A DNA stretch of 52,290 bases from Candidatus Fonsibacter lacus (GTDB lineage: Bacteria; Pseudomonadota; Alphaproteobacteria; Pelagibacterales; Pelagibacteraceae), in the NCBI GenBank assembly GCA_010021145.1, contig RGRP01000001.1:1-52290 (forward strand). The letters run 5' to 3'. Shown here piece after piece: positions 1 through 10,510 of the stretch. Position 1 is the stretch's first letter, and every line of letters begins with the position of its first letter. The notes below the pieces were generated by a model, which was not told the DNA's origin, made no database searches, and worked only from the letters and a program-made list of their open reading frames with translations. Made by a program: the position numbers and the translations under genes.

Positions 1-1
1 A

Positions 2-538
2 CCAAAATTTTCCGCAGTAAAAATTAATGGTAAAAGATCTTATGAACTTGCGCGAAATAATTTAGAATTTGATATGGAGGAGAGAAAAGTTTTAATAAAA
101 AATATTAGATTGTTAAAACATGAAAATAATAAAAGTCTTTTTTATATAAAATGTGGAACGGGCACTTATATTAGAAGTCTAGCACGAGACATTACAAAAT
201 TCTTTGGAGGATTTGCTCATGTCACTCGATTAGTTAGAACTCGATATGGAAATTTTAGAATTAAGAACTCAAATAGCCTTGAAAAATTAATAGAAAAAGA
301 AAGTACTGATAATTTTTTAAAATATGTGCTTGATATTCATAGTGCTTTAATACATATACCTACCATTAAATTAAAAGATGAAAGAATTAATTTAATAAAG
401 AATGGAATGAAAGTCAGTTTGGTTAATGAATTTGGAAAGGTTAGTTTAGATAATATTTACACAGAGGCTTTAGATAAGCCACTTGCTCTCGGATACCTGA
501 AGTCCGGTTTTTTTTATCCAAAGAGAGTATTTAATTAA
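2..538 (+). CDS. truB: tRNA pseudouridine(55) synthase TruB, 3' part (5'-truncated by window edge)
   Basis: Frame is open from nt 2 (PKFSAVKINGKRSYELAR = TruB SAxKxxGxxxYxxAR motif), then CGTGTYIRSLARD and LVRTRYG motifs; sits upstream of rpsO-pnp. The ATG at 74 in the ORF track is internal. Confidence 0.95.
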   Translation, partial: PKFSAVKINGKRSYELARNNLEFDMEERKVLIKNIRLLKHENNKSLFYIKCGTGTYIRSLARDITKFFGGFAHVTRLVRTRYGNFRIKNSNSLEKLIEKESTDNFLKYVLDIHSALIHIPTIKLKDERINLIKNGMKVSLVNEFGKVSLDNIYTEALDKPLALGYLKSGFFYPKRVFN

Positions 539-542
539 AAAG

Positions 543-812
543 ATGACAAAAAGAATTTTAAATAAAGAAAGTGTTTATAAAGATTTAAAACAGCACGCTA
601 AAGATGTTGGATCATCAGAAGTGCAAATCGCTATTTTAACTGAGCGTATCAGATATCTAACAGAGCATTTTGCAAAAAATAAAAAGGACAAACATTCCTA
701 TACAGGACTGACGACATTGGTGAATAGAAGAAAAAAACTATTAGATTATCTCAGCAAAACAAACGCAACCAATTATAAAAAGATCTTAGAAAAGCTGAAT
801 ATCAGAAAATAA
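543..812 (+). CDS. rpsO: 30S ribosomal protein S15
   Basis: 89 aa; DVGSSEVQIAILTERI...HF...KKDKHS..GL...V..RKKLL.YL; truB-rpsO-pnp order. Confidence 0.96.
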   Translation: MTKRILNKESVYKDLKQHAKDVGSSEVQIAILTERIRYLTEHFAKNKKDKHSYTGLTTLVNRRKKLLDYLSKTNATNYKKILEKLNIRK

Positions 813-818
813 ATTTTA

Positions 819-2681
819 ATGTTTAAAATAGGGGGATATTTTAAAAGGGAAGCAAGACCAACAGAGAGTGAAACTTTAATATCACGATTAATTGACAGAC
901 CAATTAGACCTTTGTTTCCAGAAGGTTTTAGAAATGAAGTTCAAGTTCTGCCAACTGTACTTTCATATGAGAAAGACAATGATCCAGAAATTTTATCTTT
1001 AATCGCTGCTTCAGCAGCATTATCGATTTCAGGCATTCCATTTATGGGACCTGTTGCAGCTTCTAAAGTTGGCTACATCAATGGTAGCTTTGTTTTAAAT
1101 CCAACTAAAGAACAATTAAAAGATTCTCAATTAGAACTTGTTGTTGCAGGAACAAAAGATGCAGTTTTAATGGTGGAGTCAGAGGCTTCAGGATTAACTG
1201 AAAAAGTAATGTTAGATGCGGTTAAATTTGGACATGAACAATTTGCACCAGTGATTAAAATGATCAATGAATTTGCTGCAGAATGCTCAAAGGAAAAATG
1301 GGTTGTAGAACAAAAAGATCTAAAAGATGTAAAAAATAATTTATTAAAAAATATTAAAAATGATTTAGTAGCAGCCTTTTCAGAGCCAGATAAAAAGAAA
1401 AGAAGCGAGCTAATTAATTTAGCAAGAGAAAAATCATTAGCGCTTTACACAGATTCAGAAGAATTTAGTGAAATGGATGTTGAGTCTCAGTTTAAAGATA
1501 TTGAAAAAGAAATTGTTAGAACAAAGATACTTAAAGAAAAGAAAAGAATTGATGGTAGAGGACTTGCAGATATTAGACCGATTAAGTGTGAAGTAGGGGT
1601 ATTACCAAGAACTCATGGCTCTGCTTTATTTACAAGAGGAGAAACGCAAGCACTTGTTGTTACAACACTTGGAACTTCAGAAGATGAACAAAGAATTGAA
1701 AGTTTAGATGGATTACAAAGATCAAGATTTATGTTGCACTACAATTTTCCTCCATTTTCAGTTGGAGAAGTTGGTAGAATTGGAACAGGAAGACGTGAAA
1801 TAGGTCACGGTAAATTAGCTTGGCGTGCAGTTAATTCGATTTTGCCTAAAAAAGAAGAATTCCCTTACACGTTTAGAATTGTTTCAGAAATTACAGAGTC
1901 TAATGGTTCATCATCGATGGCAACGGTTTGTGGGTCGTCCCTTGCTTTAATGGACGCTGGAGTTCCAATTAAAAAGCCAGTTGCAGGAATTGCGATGGGT
2001 TTAATTAAAGAAGGAGCTGATTACTCAGTACTATCTGACATCTTAGGAGACGAAGATCATTTAGGAGATATGGATTTTAAAGTTGCAGGAACAGAAGATG
2101 GAATTACCTCATTACAAATGGATATTAAAATTACAGGCATTACATTCGAGATTATGGATAAAGCATTGTCGCAGGCAAAAGATGGCAGAATTCATATCTT
2201 AGGTGAAATGAACAAAGCCCTTAAAGTTTCAAGAAAAGATTTATCAAAACACACTCCAAAAATGGAAAAAGTAACAGTCGATAAAAAAGATATCGCAGCT
2301 ATTATTGGAAAAGGTGGAGTGACAATAAGAGAGATCGTTGAATTATCAGGCGCTAAGGTTGATATTAGCGATGATGGTATTGTAACTATTGCTGCACCCG
2401 ATGAAGCCTCAAGAAATAAAGCCTTAGAGATGGTAAAAAGCATTATCGCAAAAGCAGAAGTTGGAAAAGTTTACTCAGGGAAAGTTGTAAAAATTATGGA
2501 ATTTGGAGCTTTTGTAAACTTCTTAGGTAAACAAGATGGTTTAGTTCATATCTCTGAACTTGCAGCGAAAAGAGTAGAGAAAGTAACTGACGTTGTAAAA
2601 GAAGGTGATGAGGTTAAAGTTAAAGTTTTAGGATTTGATAAAGGAAAAGTTAAACTTTCAATTAAACAAGCCCAAGAATAG
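819..2681 (+). CDS. pnp: Polyribonucleotide nucleotidyltransferase (PNPase), missing about 70 N-terminal residues
   Basis: [50 protein letters not shown] (IIGKGG) and S1 (GLVHISEL) motifs; only 620 aa and GGYFKRE starts at residue 5. Confidence 0.95.
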   Translation: MFKIGGYFKREARPTESETLISRLIDRPIRPLFPEGFRNEVQVLPTVLSYEKDNDPEILSLIAASAALSISGIPFMGPVAASKVGYINGSFVLNPTKEQLKDSQLELVVAGTKDAVLMVESEASGLTEKVMLDAVKFGHEQFAPVIKMINEFAAECSKEKWVVEQKDLKDVKNNLLKNIKNDLVAAFSEPDKKKRSELINLAREKSLALYTDSEEFSEMDVESQFKDIEKEIVRTKILKEKKRIDGRGLADIRPIKCEVGVLPRTHGSALFTRGETQALVVTTLGTSEDEQRIESLDGLQRSRFMLHYNFPPFSVGEVGRIGTGRREIGHGKLAWRAVNSILPKKEEFPYTFRIVSEITESNGSSSMATVCGSSLALMDAGVPIKKPVAGIAMGLIKEGADYSVLSDILGDEDHLGDMDFKVAGTEDGITSLQMDIKITGITFEIMDKALSQAKDGRIHILGEMNKALKVSRKDLSKHTPKMEKVTVDKKDIAAIIGKGGVTIREIVELSGAKVDISDDGIVTIAAPDEASRNKALEMVKSIIAKAEVGKVYSGKVVKIMEFGAFVNFLGKQDGLVHISELAAKRVEKVTDVVKEGDEVKVKVLGFDKGKVKLSIKQAQE

Positions 2682-3470
2682 TTAGGCCTGCATATTTTTA
2701 GGATTAGGCATACCAACGATATTATAGCCCGCATCTACATAATGAATTTCGCCCGTAACCCCTGCTGCAAGATCGCTTAATAAATAAACTGCAGCTCCAC
2801 CCACGTCATTAATATCAACGTTTCTTTTTAGTGGAGAATGATTTTCATTCCATTTGTATAAAAACTTAGCGTCACCAATTGCAGAAGCCGCTAATGTTTT
2901 AATAGGACCTGCACTAATTGCATTTACTCTAATTCCATTTGATCCAAGATCAACGGATAAATATTTAACACTTGTTTCAAGGGCTGCTTTACAAACTCCC
3001 ATCACATTGTAATTTGGAATAACTTTATCAGCACAATAAGTTAAAGTGATAAAGCTTGAACCTGGTTTCATTATTTTAGCAGCTTCTCTACAAACTTCTG
3101 TAAAAGAAAAACAAGAAATTAACATACTGTTTGAGAAATTTTCTCTTGATGTATTTAAATATTGCCCTGATAATTCCGATTTATCTGAGAATGCAATCGC
3201 GTGAACGACAAAATCTAGATGTCCCCATTTATCTTTAATATCTGAAAAAGTTTTAACAATTTCCTCTTTCTTTTCCACATTGCAATCCAAGGTAAATTTT
3301 GAACCTAAAGATTCAGCAAGTGGAATAACTCTTTTCTTTAGAGCATCGCCTACATAAGTGAATGCAAGTTCAGCACCGTGCTCATTTAGTTTTTTTGCAA
3401 TACCCCAGGCAATTGAGCGATCATTCGCAACACCCATAATCAATCCCTTTTTACCTTGCATTAATTTCAT
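2682..3470 (-). CDS. fabI: Enoyl-ACP reductase FabI
   Basis: GVANDRSIAWGIA, YNVMGVCKAALE (YxxxxxxK), ISAGPIKTLAA. Start placed at ATG 3470 (MKLMQGKK), just past the fabB stop, rather than 3485. Confidence 0.95.
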   Translation of the reverse strand: MKLMQGKKGLIMGVANDRSIAWGIAKKLNEHGAELAFTYVGDALKKRVIPLAESLGSKFTLDCNVEKKEEIVKTFSDIKDKWGHLDFVVHAIAFSDKSELSGQYLNTSRENFSNSMLISCFSFTEVCREAAKIMKPGSSFITLTYCADKVIPNYNVMGVCKAALETSVKYLSVDLGSNGIRVNAISAGPIKTLAASAIGDAKFLYKWNENHSPLKRNVDINDVGGAAVYLLSDLAAGVTGEIHYVDAGYNIVGMPNPKNMQA

Positions 3471-3471
3471 T

Positions 3472-4686
3472 TTAGATACTTTCAAATACTAGAGTTGCAT
3501 TCGTTCCACCAAAACCAAAACTATTAGACATTACACAATTTAAATCTACATTTTTTTTAACTTCAGTCACAATAGGAAGTCCTTTAATTTTTTCATCCAA
3601 TTCTTTCACGTTTGCGGATGCTGCTATGAATTTATTTTTCATCATTAATAGACAATAAATAGCCTCTTGTACTGATGTTGCACCAAGAGAATGACCCGTG
3701 ATTGATTTTGTTGAACTAAAAGGAGGAACTTTATCTTTAAAAACTTCCTTCATTGCTTCAATTTCTTTTGTATCACCTACAGGAGTAGAAGTTCCATGGG
3801 TGTTAACATAATCTACTTTTGAATTTCTTAAATTCTGCATGGACATTTTCATGCATCTCACAGCCCCTTCACCAGAAGGTGCAACCATATCGTAACCATC
3901 AGAAGTAGCCCCATAACCTGTAATTTCAGCTAGGATTTTAGCTCCTCTAGCTTTTGCATGCTCATATTCTTCTAATACGATAACACCGCCTCCGCCTGCG
4001 ATTACAAACCCATCTCTGCTTGCATCATAGGGTCTCGAAGCAGTTTGTGGGGTATCATTATATTTTGAAGATAAGGCTGTCATCGCATCAAACATTGCAG
4101 ATAAACTCCAATCTATTTCTTCTCCACCCCCTGCAAAAACAATATCTTGTTTTCCAAATTGAATAAGTTCCATGGCATTGCCAATACAATGTGCACTTGT
4201 TGCACAAGCAGAACTAATTGAATAGTTCACTCCTTTAATTTTAAAGGGTGTTGCAAGTGTTGCAGAACATGTACTTGCCATTGTTCGTGGCACAATAAAC
4301 GGGCCCATTTTTTTAGGACCTGATGCTCTTGTTGAGTCGATTGCAAACATAACGTTCTTAATTGAAGGACCACCTGATCCAATAATAATTCCAGTTTTTT
4401 CATTGCTAACTTCTTTTTCAGTAAGGCCCGATTCTTCTATAGCCTCTTTCATTGAAAGATAGGCGTAAGCTGAGCCATCACCCATAAATCTCAAAACTTT
4501 TCGATCAATTAATTCTTCGTAATTAATTTTAGGAACACCACAAACTTGGCTTTTAAAATTATATTTTTTATATTCTTCAGAAAAAGTTATTCCAGATTTA
4601 GTATTTAATAGAGAATCTAAAACTTCTTTTTTATTGTTTCCAATACAAGATATAATTCCAGAACCCGTAATTACTACTCTTCGCAT
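3472..4686 (-). CDS. fabB: 3-oxoacyl-ACP synthase I (KAS I)
   Basis: SSACATS catalytic Cys, [23 protein letters not shown]; fabA-fabB-fabI operon. Confidence 0.95.
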   Translation of the reverse strand: MRRVVITGSGIISCIGNNKKEVLDSLLNTKSGITFSEEYKKYNFKSQVCGVPKINYEELIDRKVLRFMGDGSAYAYLSMKEAIEESGLTEKEVSNEKTGIIIGSGGPSIKNVMFAIDSTRASGPKKMGPFIVPRTMASTCSATLATPFKIKGVNYSISSACATSAHCIGNAMELIQFGKQDIVFAGGGEEIDWSLSAMFDAMTALSSKYNDTPQTASRPYDASRDGFVIAGGGGVIVLEEYEHAKARGAKILAEITGYGATSDGYDMVAPSGEGAVRCMKMSMQNLRNSKVDYVNTHGTSTPVGDTKEIEAMKEVFKDKVPPFSSTKSITGHSLGATSVQEAIYCLLMMKNKFIAASANVKELDEKIKGLPIVTEVKKNVDLNCVMSNSFGFGGTNATLVFESI

Positions 4687-4695
4687 TAATCCCCT

Positions 4696-5202
4696 TTAAC
4701 TTTTAAATAAACCAACTTTAAGATTTTTAGCGTTATATATTTCCTTATCGTCAGCAAAGACTAAACCATCAGCTAAACCAACACAAGTTTCGCCTTTCCT
4801 TAATAATCTTTTGATATTAATGACATATTTTACAAGTTTTACTTGTTTTACAACTTCCCCTGTAAATTTTACTTCATTTACTCCAAGTGCTCGCCCATGA
4901 CCAGGATTGCCTAACCAACCAAGATAAAATCCAAGTAGTTGCCACATCGCATCTAATCCTAAACATCCTGGCATCACCGGATCCCCTTTAAAATGACATT
5001 CGAAAAACCATAAATTATCTTTAATGTCTAGTTCAGCTAAAATTTCTCCTTTATTAAATAATCCGCCCTCAGCTGTAATTGAAGTAATTCTGTCAAACAT
5101 TAACATGGGAGGAGCAGGCAATTTTGCATTACCCGGACCAAACATTTTCCCTTCAGCGCAATCAAGCAGATCTTGGTAGCTATACTGATTTTTTTGTTTC
5201 AT
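4696..5202 (-). CDS. fabA: 3-hydroxyacyl-ACP dehydratase/isomerase FabA
   Basis: [37 protein letters not shown]. Confidence 0.96.
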   Translation of the reverse strand: MKQKNQYSYQDLLDCAEGKMFGPGNAKLPAPPMLMFDRITSITAEGGLFNKGEILAELDIKDNLWFFECHFKGDPVMPGCLGLDAMWQLLGFYLGWLGNPGHGRALGVNEVKFTGEVVKQVKLVKYVINIKRLLRKGETCVGLADGLVFADDKEIYNAKNLKVGLFKS

Positions 5203-5242
5203 GAAATTGTTAGAGAATTAAAATTATTGATTATTAAAATTT

Positions 5243-5271
5243 AATTTACAGTTTAATACAGGATTTGACAA
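5243..5271 (-). promoter_or_regulatory. Putative sigma70 promoter of fabA-fabB-fabI
   Basis: Minus strand TTGTCA-N17-TAAATT in the 71-nt gap, 40 nt upstream of the fabA ATG. Confidence 0.4.
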
Positions 5272-5273
5272 AT

Positions 5274-5753
5274 TTAATTGATAATCTCTTTATTTTCTAA
5301 GCCCCAAACGTGATCCGTTTGTATCCAACCCTTATATTTTTGAATTTCAATCAAACACCAATTTGGAATACATTTTTTAATTGAAGCAGCTTCTAAGTTT
5401 CCAATTTTAATAATTGGTTTTGAATAGATCGTTGCATTTTTAAAAAGAACAATTCCATCTTTCATGGTTAACAACGTTCTTTTTCTGGATAACTGACTTA
5501 AATGAATCCAACCGATATCACCCTGATAATCTTTAACTTTTCGCCAAACTTCAAACTCATCAATTACCTCAACCGGCATGTTTTTCTTTTCGTATACAAA
5601 TGCAATGGGATGGGCAGAGGAAGGTCCAATTCTAAGATTTGCAACGCTGGTTCTAATACTAAGATATTTTTTAGTGGTAATTTTTTGCGCTAATAAATCG
5701 GCACTTGTGAAAATAATAAAAGATAAAATAAGAATTATTGTTTTAAACTTCAT
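5274..5753 (-). CDS. Exported tandem bacterial SH3-domain protein (SH3_4-like)
   Basis: Signal peptide; ANLRIGPS...WRKVKDYQGDIGWIH..LS and second repeat C...WC.I....KGWI; usual alphaproteobacterial neighbour of fabA. Confidence 0.8.
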   Translation of the reverse strand: MKFKTIILILSFIIFTSADLLAQKITTKKYLSIRTSVANLRIGPSSAHPIAFVYEKKNMPVEVIDEFEVWRKVKDYQGDIGWIHLSQLSRKRTLLTMKDGIVLFKNATIYSKPIIKIGNLEAASIKKCIPNWCLIEIQKYKGWIQTDHVWGLENKEIIN

Positions 5754-6502
5754 TTAATCTTCTTAATGCAGTTATTATTTTTATTTAATTTAATTTTTTT
5801 AATTGCAAGATTTTCAGAATTAATAATTAAAATATTGCCACATAATGAATTTTCAAAATTTAATATTTCACGAATTGCCTCATTAGCCATAATCGTCCCA
5901 ATCATTCCGGCAAGGGTAGACAGAACACCTTCGCTTTGACAATCCATCGTGTCATTATTTGGAATTTCTGGCATAAAACATCTAAGACAAGGTGAATTTT
6001 TCTTTTTAAAATTAAAAACAAAAACATGACCATCAAACTTGCTGATAGCTCCACAAATTAAGATTTTTTTATTTTTATAACAATAATCGCTGATTAATAA
6101 TTTTGATTTAAAGCTGTCAGTGCCATCAATGATTAGATCGTATCCTCTTGTAATTTTATTAATATTATTGGTATCAATTTTAGTCTTAAATTTTTTAATT
6201 TTTATTTTAGAATTAATTTTTTTTAACTTTTTTTCAGCAATATCTACTTTAAATTTATTAACGTCATCTTCATCAAATAAAATTTGTCGGTGTAAATTTG
6301 AAATATCTATTTTGTCATGATCAACGACGCCAATATTGTTAATTCCAGAAGATGCAAGATAGAGTGCAACAGGCGATCCTAATCCTCCAACACCAATGAT
6401 GAGAACTTTTGTATCGATGATCTTCTTTTGACCAAAGCTGCCAATCTTTTTTAAGTTAATATGAGCAATGTATTTTTTGACATCGTCATAACTAAGTTTC
6501 AT
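5750..6502 (-). CDS. HesA/MoeB/ThiF-family E1-like adenylyltransferase
   Basis: GVGGLGS P-loop, DHDKIDISNLHRQ, DGTD, PCLRC; downstream of dut. Confidence 0.88.
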   Translation of the reverse strand: MKLSYDDVKKYIAHINLKKIGSFGQKKIIDTKVLIIGVGGLGSPVALYLASSGINNIGVVDHDKIDISNLHRQILFDEDDVNKFKVDIAEKKLKKINSKIKIKKFKTKIDTNNINKITRGYDLIIDGTDSFKSKLLISDYCYKNKKILICGAISKFDGHVFVFNFKKKNSPCLRCFMPEIPNNDTMDCQSEGVLSTLAGMIGTIMANEAIREILNFENSLCGNILIINSENLAIKKIKLNKNNNCIKKIK

Positions 6503-6508
6503 GAATAT

Positions 6509-6949
6509 TTATCGGCCCGTTGAACCAAATCCACCGCTTCCACGAACTGATTCAGGAAGTGTATCCACTTCAACAAGTTCAGCTTTTACAACAGGGCACA
6601 GCACCATCTGTGCAATTCTTTGTCCTGGTTCAATTTTAAAATTTTCTAAACTTAAGTTTATTAATATCACTTTAATTTCGCCTCGATAATCAGCATCCAC
6701 TGTTCCAGGCGTATTTAGAACACTAATTCCATTCTTTGCTGCCAGTCCTGATCTTGGCCTCACTTGTATTTCATAATTTTCAGGAATAGCAACGGAAAGA
6801 CCTGTTGGAACTAATGTTCGCTCATTAGGCTTTAAAATTATTTCTTTATCAATATTAGCAATCAAATCTAAACCTGAAGAACCTACTGTTTCATATTTAG
6901 GCAACTCTTTATGTTTATAATTTATTTTTTTTACTAAAATTTTAACCAT
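6509..6949 (-). CDS. dut: dUTP diphosphatase
   Basis: GLDL, RPRSGLA, GTVDADYRGE, RIAQ, RGSGGFGSTG motifs. Confidence 0.97.
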   Translation of the reverse strand: MVKILVKKINYKHKELPKYETVGSSGLDLIANIDKEIILKPNERTLVPTGLSVAIPENYEIQVRPRSGLAAKNGISVLNTPGTVDADYRGEIKVILINLSLENFKIEPGQRIAQMVLCPVVKAELVEVDTLPESVRGSGGFGSTGR

Positions 6950-8172
6950 TATTGAATAAGCGCGTGAAGAATTTTATTGGACAGTTTTTTTGCAATTTCT
7001 GACTTTGTTGTTTTATTAAATTTTTCAACTTCTTTATTTTTAGAAATTAAAAAAACCTCATTATAATCCGAATTAAATCCAATGGATTTATCACCTACAT
7101 TGTTAGCGATAATCCAATCGCAGTGTTTATTTTGGATTTTTTTTTGTGCATTTTCAATGATGTTTTTAGTTTCAGCTGCAAAACCAACTACCAGTTTTGG
7201 TCGATTAATATTTTGGCTAGAGATGAAAGATAAAATATCAATATTTTTTTCAAGTTCTAAATTAAAATCTTCTAATCCTTCTTTTTTTATTTTCTCGTCA
7301 CTATAGTTTTTAACTTTAAAATCAGACACCGCAGCTGTACAGACAGCAACATCTACTGGCAAATTATCTTTGCAAGCCTCGAACATTTGTTTAGCAGTTG
7401 TTACATTAATTACTTCAAGATTATCCTGATTTGTAATATTTAAAGAATTTGGGCCAATCACTAATTTTGTTTTAAAGCCAATATCATTTAAAGATTTTGC
7501 AATTTCAAATCCTTGTTTGCCAGAGGATTCATTGGATAAAAATCTAACCGGATCAATATATTCTCTTGTTGATCCTGCAGTCACTAAAGCCTTTAAATTT
7601 TTATTATTAAATAAACTTTTTGAAAGAAAGTAATTTTTAATAGTTAGAATAATTTCTTCAGGAGATGACATTTTACCAATACCAACTTCTCCGCATGCCA
7701 TTTCACCCGTTATTGGTCCGATAAATTTATATTTAAATTGAATAAGTTTTTGAAAATTTTCCTGGTTAGCAGGATTATTCCACATCTCAACATTCATGGC
7801 GGGAGCAAGAAAAATGGGTTTGTTGGAGGCCATGATAACTGTTGTTGCAAAATCTTTTGCTTCTCCGCGTGCAAAATTAGCCATTAGATTTGCAGTGGTT
7901 GGTGCAACGATTATTAAATCGCACCATCTCGAAAGTGCGATGTGATCCATTTCACCTTCATTATTAGGATCGAATAAGTTTTCAAAAACTTTATTTTTAG
8001 AAAGAGCAGAAATTGATAGTGGAGTTACAAATTCTTTTCCAGAATTTGTTAAAATAGTTTTAACTTCACAGTTATTTTTTCTAAGCTCTCTAATAACGTC
8101 GAGAACTTTATAAGCAGCGATTCCACCACCAATAACGATTAAAATTTTCTTATTCTCAATTGAATTTAGCAT
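6949..8172 (-). CDS. coaBC: Bifunctional PPC decarboxylase / PPC synthetase
   Basis: GGIAAYK, MDHIAL, APAMNVEM, MACGEVG, EYIDPVRFLSNESSGKQG, VGFAAET. Confidence 0.96.
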   Translation of the reverse strand: MLNSIENKKILIVIGGGIAAYKVLDVIRELRKNNCEVKTILTNSGKEFVTPLSISALSKNKVFENLFDPNNEGEMDHIALSRWCDLIIVAPTTANLMANFARGEAKDFATTVIMASNKPIFLAPAMNVEMWNNPANQENFQKLIQFKYKFIGPITGEMACGEVGIGKMSSPEEIILTIKNYFLSKSLFNNKNLKALVTAGSTREYIDPVRFLSNESSGKQGFEIAKSLNDIGFKTKLVIGPNSLNITNQDNLEVINVTTAKQMFEACKDNLPVDVAVCTAAVSDFKVKNYSDEKIKKEGLEDFNLELEKNIDILSFISSQNINRPKLVVGFAAETKNIIENAQKKIQNKHCDWIIANNVGDKSIGFNSDYNEVFLISKNKEVEKFNKTTKSEIAKKLSNKILHALIQ

Positions 8173-8176
8173 CGCG

Positions 8177-9745
8177 CTATTTGAATACTATTAGCAATAT
8201 AATTACAATAATTAATAAGCCTATAATTAGGTAAGTCCTTTTTAATTTTGAAGATTTTTCTTTAATTTCATATTCGTTATTTTGGTTTTGATTTTTTATA
8301 AACTCATAAGAACTTAAAAGCTCCATAGCTTTGTTAGCCCGATTAATCATCTCGGGTAATTCTGGTAGTTTATCTAAAAGTTCTGTTGTTGTTTTTAATA
8401 TTTTATCGATTCTATTTTTAGGACCAATCTCGTTGTTCAGCCAGCCTTGTAATACAGGTTTTGAAATTTCCCAAATATTTGCATCTTCATCCAATGATCT
8501 TGCAACGCCCTCAACCACGACCATTGTTTTTTGTAATAATAATAATTGAGGTTGTGTGACCATGTTAAATTTTTCAGTTACTTCAAAAAGTCTTGCTAGT
8601 AATTTGCCTGCTGAAATGTTCTTAGAAGACTGACCAAAAATAGGCTCCCCAATAGTTCTTAGAGCTTGTGTGAACTGGTCTAAAGACTCCGTATTAGGCA
8701 CTAAACCTGCAATAAAATGAACTTTTGCGACCTTTTCATAGTCTCGGTTAATAAAACCATACAATATCTCGGCTAAGTACTTTCTATTAGCAATATCCAG
8801 TCGGCCCATAATTCCAAAATCTACAGGTACAATATTTTCATTCTTATCGACAAACAGATTACCTTGGTGCATGTCGCCATGAAAAAAACCATCTCCCACC
8901 GCTTGTCTCAAAAAATTTTGAATTAGTAATCTTGCTATTTTTTTTAGATCAATTTTATTTTTGACGAGCAATTCTTTATCTTTGATTGAAATTCCATCTA
9001 CTTTTTCAATTGTCAAAACTCTTTGTGAGGTAAAATCCCAAAATATAGATGGAACTTTAAAACCCTCATCTTGAGCAGTGTTTTTTTTAAGTTCACTTGC
9101 GGACGCTGCTTCATATCTTAGATCCATTTCAATGCTGGTTATTTCTTTAAGTAGATCGATGATTTTTACTAATTTTAATCTGCGACTTTTTTTAACGCTG
9201 AATTCAATAACTGATGCTAAAAATCTTAAAGCATCTAATTCTTTGTTAAAGATTTTTTCTATATTTGGTCTTAATATTTTAATAGCAACATCGATTTCTT
9301 TTTTTTCATTATTAATGATTTTAGCAAAATGAACTTGTGCAATCGAAGCTGCAGCAATTGGTTTGCTCAAATAAGCGATTTGTTTATATTTCTCTTCACC
9401 CAATTCTTTGCGTAAAGCCTCTTTTGACTGTGAGATATCAAAAGCTGGCATTTGATCTTGTAGTTTTTGTAACTCCTTTGCAAATTCTTCACCAACAATA
9501 TCAGGACGAGTTGCAAGAAATTGTCCCAGTTTTATAAAAGCAGGACCTAAAGTTAAAAAAGCATTTTTTAATCTTTCACCTGCGCTTTTGTTATCCGTGT
9601 CTTTATTAAAAGTAGTAAAGCCAAAAATTTTTATTAAAATTTTAATAGATAAGGGCGGTTTATAAAATTCTTCAAAAACAGATAAACTGTTAGACTTTGC
9701 TAAGGCTCTACCAATTTTAATAAGAGAAAAAAAATTAGATAGCAT
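8177..9745 (-). CDS. ubiB: Ubiquinone biosynthesis kinase-like protein UbiB
   Basis: LGPAFIKLGQFLATRPD, AAASIAQVH, GFFHGDMHQGN, DFGIMG; C-terminal TM helix; follows ubiE. Confidence 0.95.
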   Translation of the reverse strand: MLSNFFSLIKIGRALAKSNSLSVFEEFYKPPLSIKILIKIFGFTTFNKDTDNKSAGERLKNAFLTLGPAFIKLGQFLATRPDIVGEEFAKELQKLQDQMPAFDISQSKEALRKELGEEKYKQIAYLSKPIAAASIAQVHFAKIINNEKKEIDVAIKILRPNIEKIFNKELDALRFLASVIEFSVKKSRRLKLVKIIDLLKEITSIEMDLRYEAASASELKKNTAQDEGFKVPSIFWDFTSQRVLTIEKVDGISIKDKELLVKNKIDLKKIARLLIQNFLRQAVGDGFFHGDMHQGNLFVDKNENIVPVDFGIMGRLDIANRKYLAEILYGFINRDYEKVAKVHFIAGLVPNTESLDQFTQALRTIGEPIFGQSSKNISAGKLLARLFEVTEKFNMVTQPQLLLLQKTMVVVEGVARSLDEDANIWEISKPVLQGWLNNEIGPKNRIDKILKTTTELLDKLPELPEMINRANKAMELLSSYEFIKNQNQNNEYEIKEKSSKLKRTYLIIGLLIIVIILLIVFK

Positions 9746-9751
9746 TTTAAA

Positions 9752-10468
9752 TTATTTTATTTTCCATCCAGAGTGAATTGCCGCAACTCCAGTAGTAAGA
9801 TTTCTATACTCGGCGTTTATAAATTTAGCCTCTTTCATCAGATTTAATAATTGTTCTTGGTTATAAAAATCTTTAATGCTTTGTATTAAATACTCATAGG
9901 GCTTTTCATCTCCGGCAACTGCTTTTCCGATGTGAGGAATAAAACTTGAGTAAATTGAATAAAACTTATCAATAATCTCATTATTAATTTTTGAAAATTC
10001 TAAACACATAAATCGTCCACCTGGTTTAAGTAATCGATATGCTTCACTAAGTGTTTTTTTTATATCGGTGACATTTCTTATACCAAAACTGATGATGTAG
10101 TAATCATAACTAGAGTCTTTTAAAGGAACTTGTTCCGCACTAGCGCACAAAGAATCAATATTTTTATAATACTCAAGTTTTTTTTTTCCTTCATTTAACA
10201 TTTCAATATTTTGATCCACCATAGTTGCCTGACCCGTAAAGTTGGTGCGTTCAATAAAAAGTTTTGTCATATCACCAGTTCCTGATGCCATATCAATTAA
10301 TTTTGAATTTAGTTTTGGTTGCAGCCAGTCGATTAAATTACTTTTCCACAAACGGTGAATACCAAATGACATGATGTCATTCATCAAATCATATTTTTTA
10401 AATACAGAATTAAAAACAGTATTTACAAGGTCTTTTTTAGAATTTTGTTTTGTATTAGTATCTTGCAT
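9752..10468 (-). CDS. ubiE: Ubiquinone/menaquinone C-methyltransferase
   Basis: YDLMNDIMSFGIHRLWK, DMASGTGD, FGIRNV, LKPGG, YEYLIQSI. Confidence 0.95.
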   Translation of the reverse strand: MQDTNTKQNSKKDLVNTVFNSVFKKYDLMNDIMSFGIHRLWKSNLIDWLQPKLNSKLIDMASGTGDMTKLFIERTNFTGQATMVDQNIEMLNEGKKKLEYYKNIDSLCASAEQVPLKDSSYDYYIISFGIRNVTDIKKTLSEAYRLLKPGGRFMCLEFSKINNEIIDKFYSIYSSFIPHIGKAVAGDEKPYEYLIQSIKDFYNQEQLLNLMKEAKFINAEYRNLTTGVAAIHSGWKIK

Positions 10469-10510
10469 TCTTTAAATATAGAACATTTGCAATCAATAGT
10501 CATATAGTTA

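Noticed and set aside
3471-3485. fabI start at 3485 as given in the ORF track
   Set aside because: Non-ATG start overlapping fabB; ATG at 3470 lies 1 nt past the fabB stop and fits typical FabI length.
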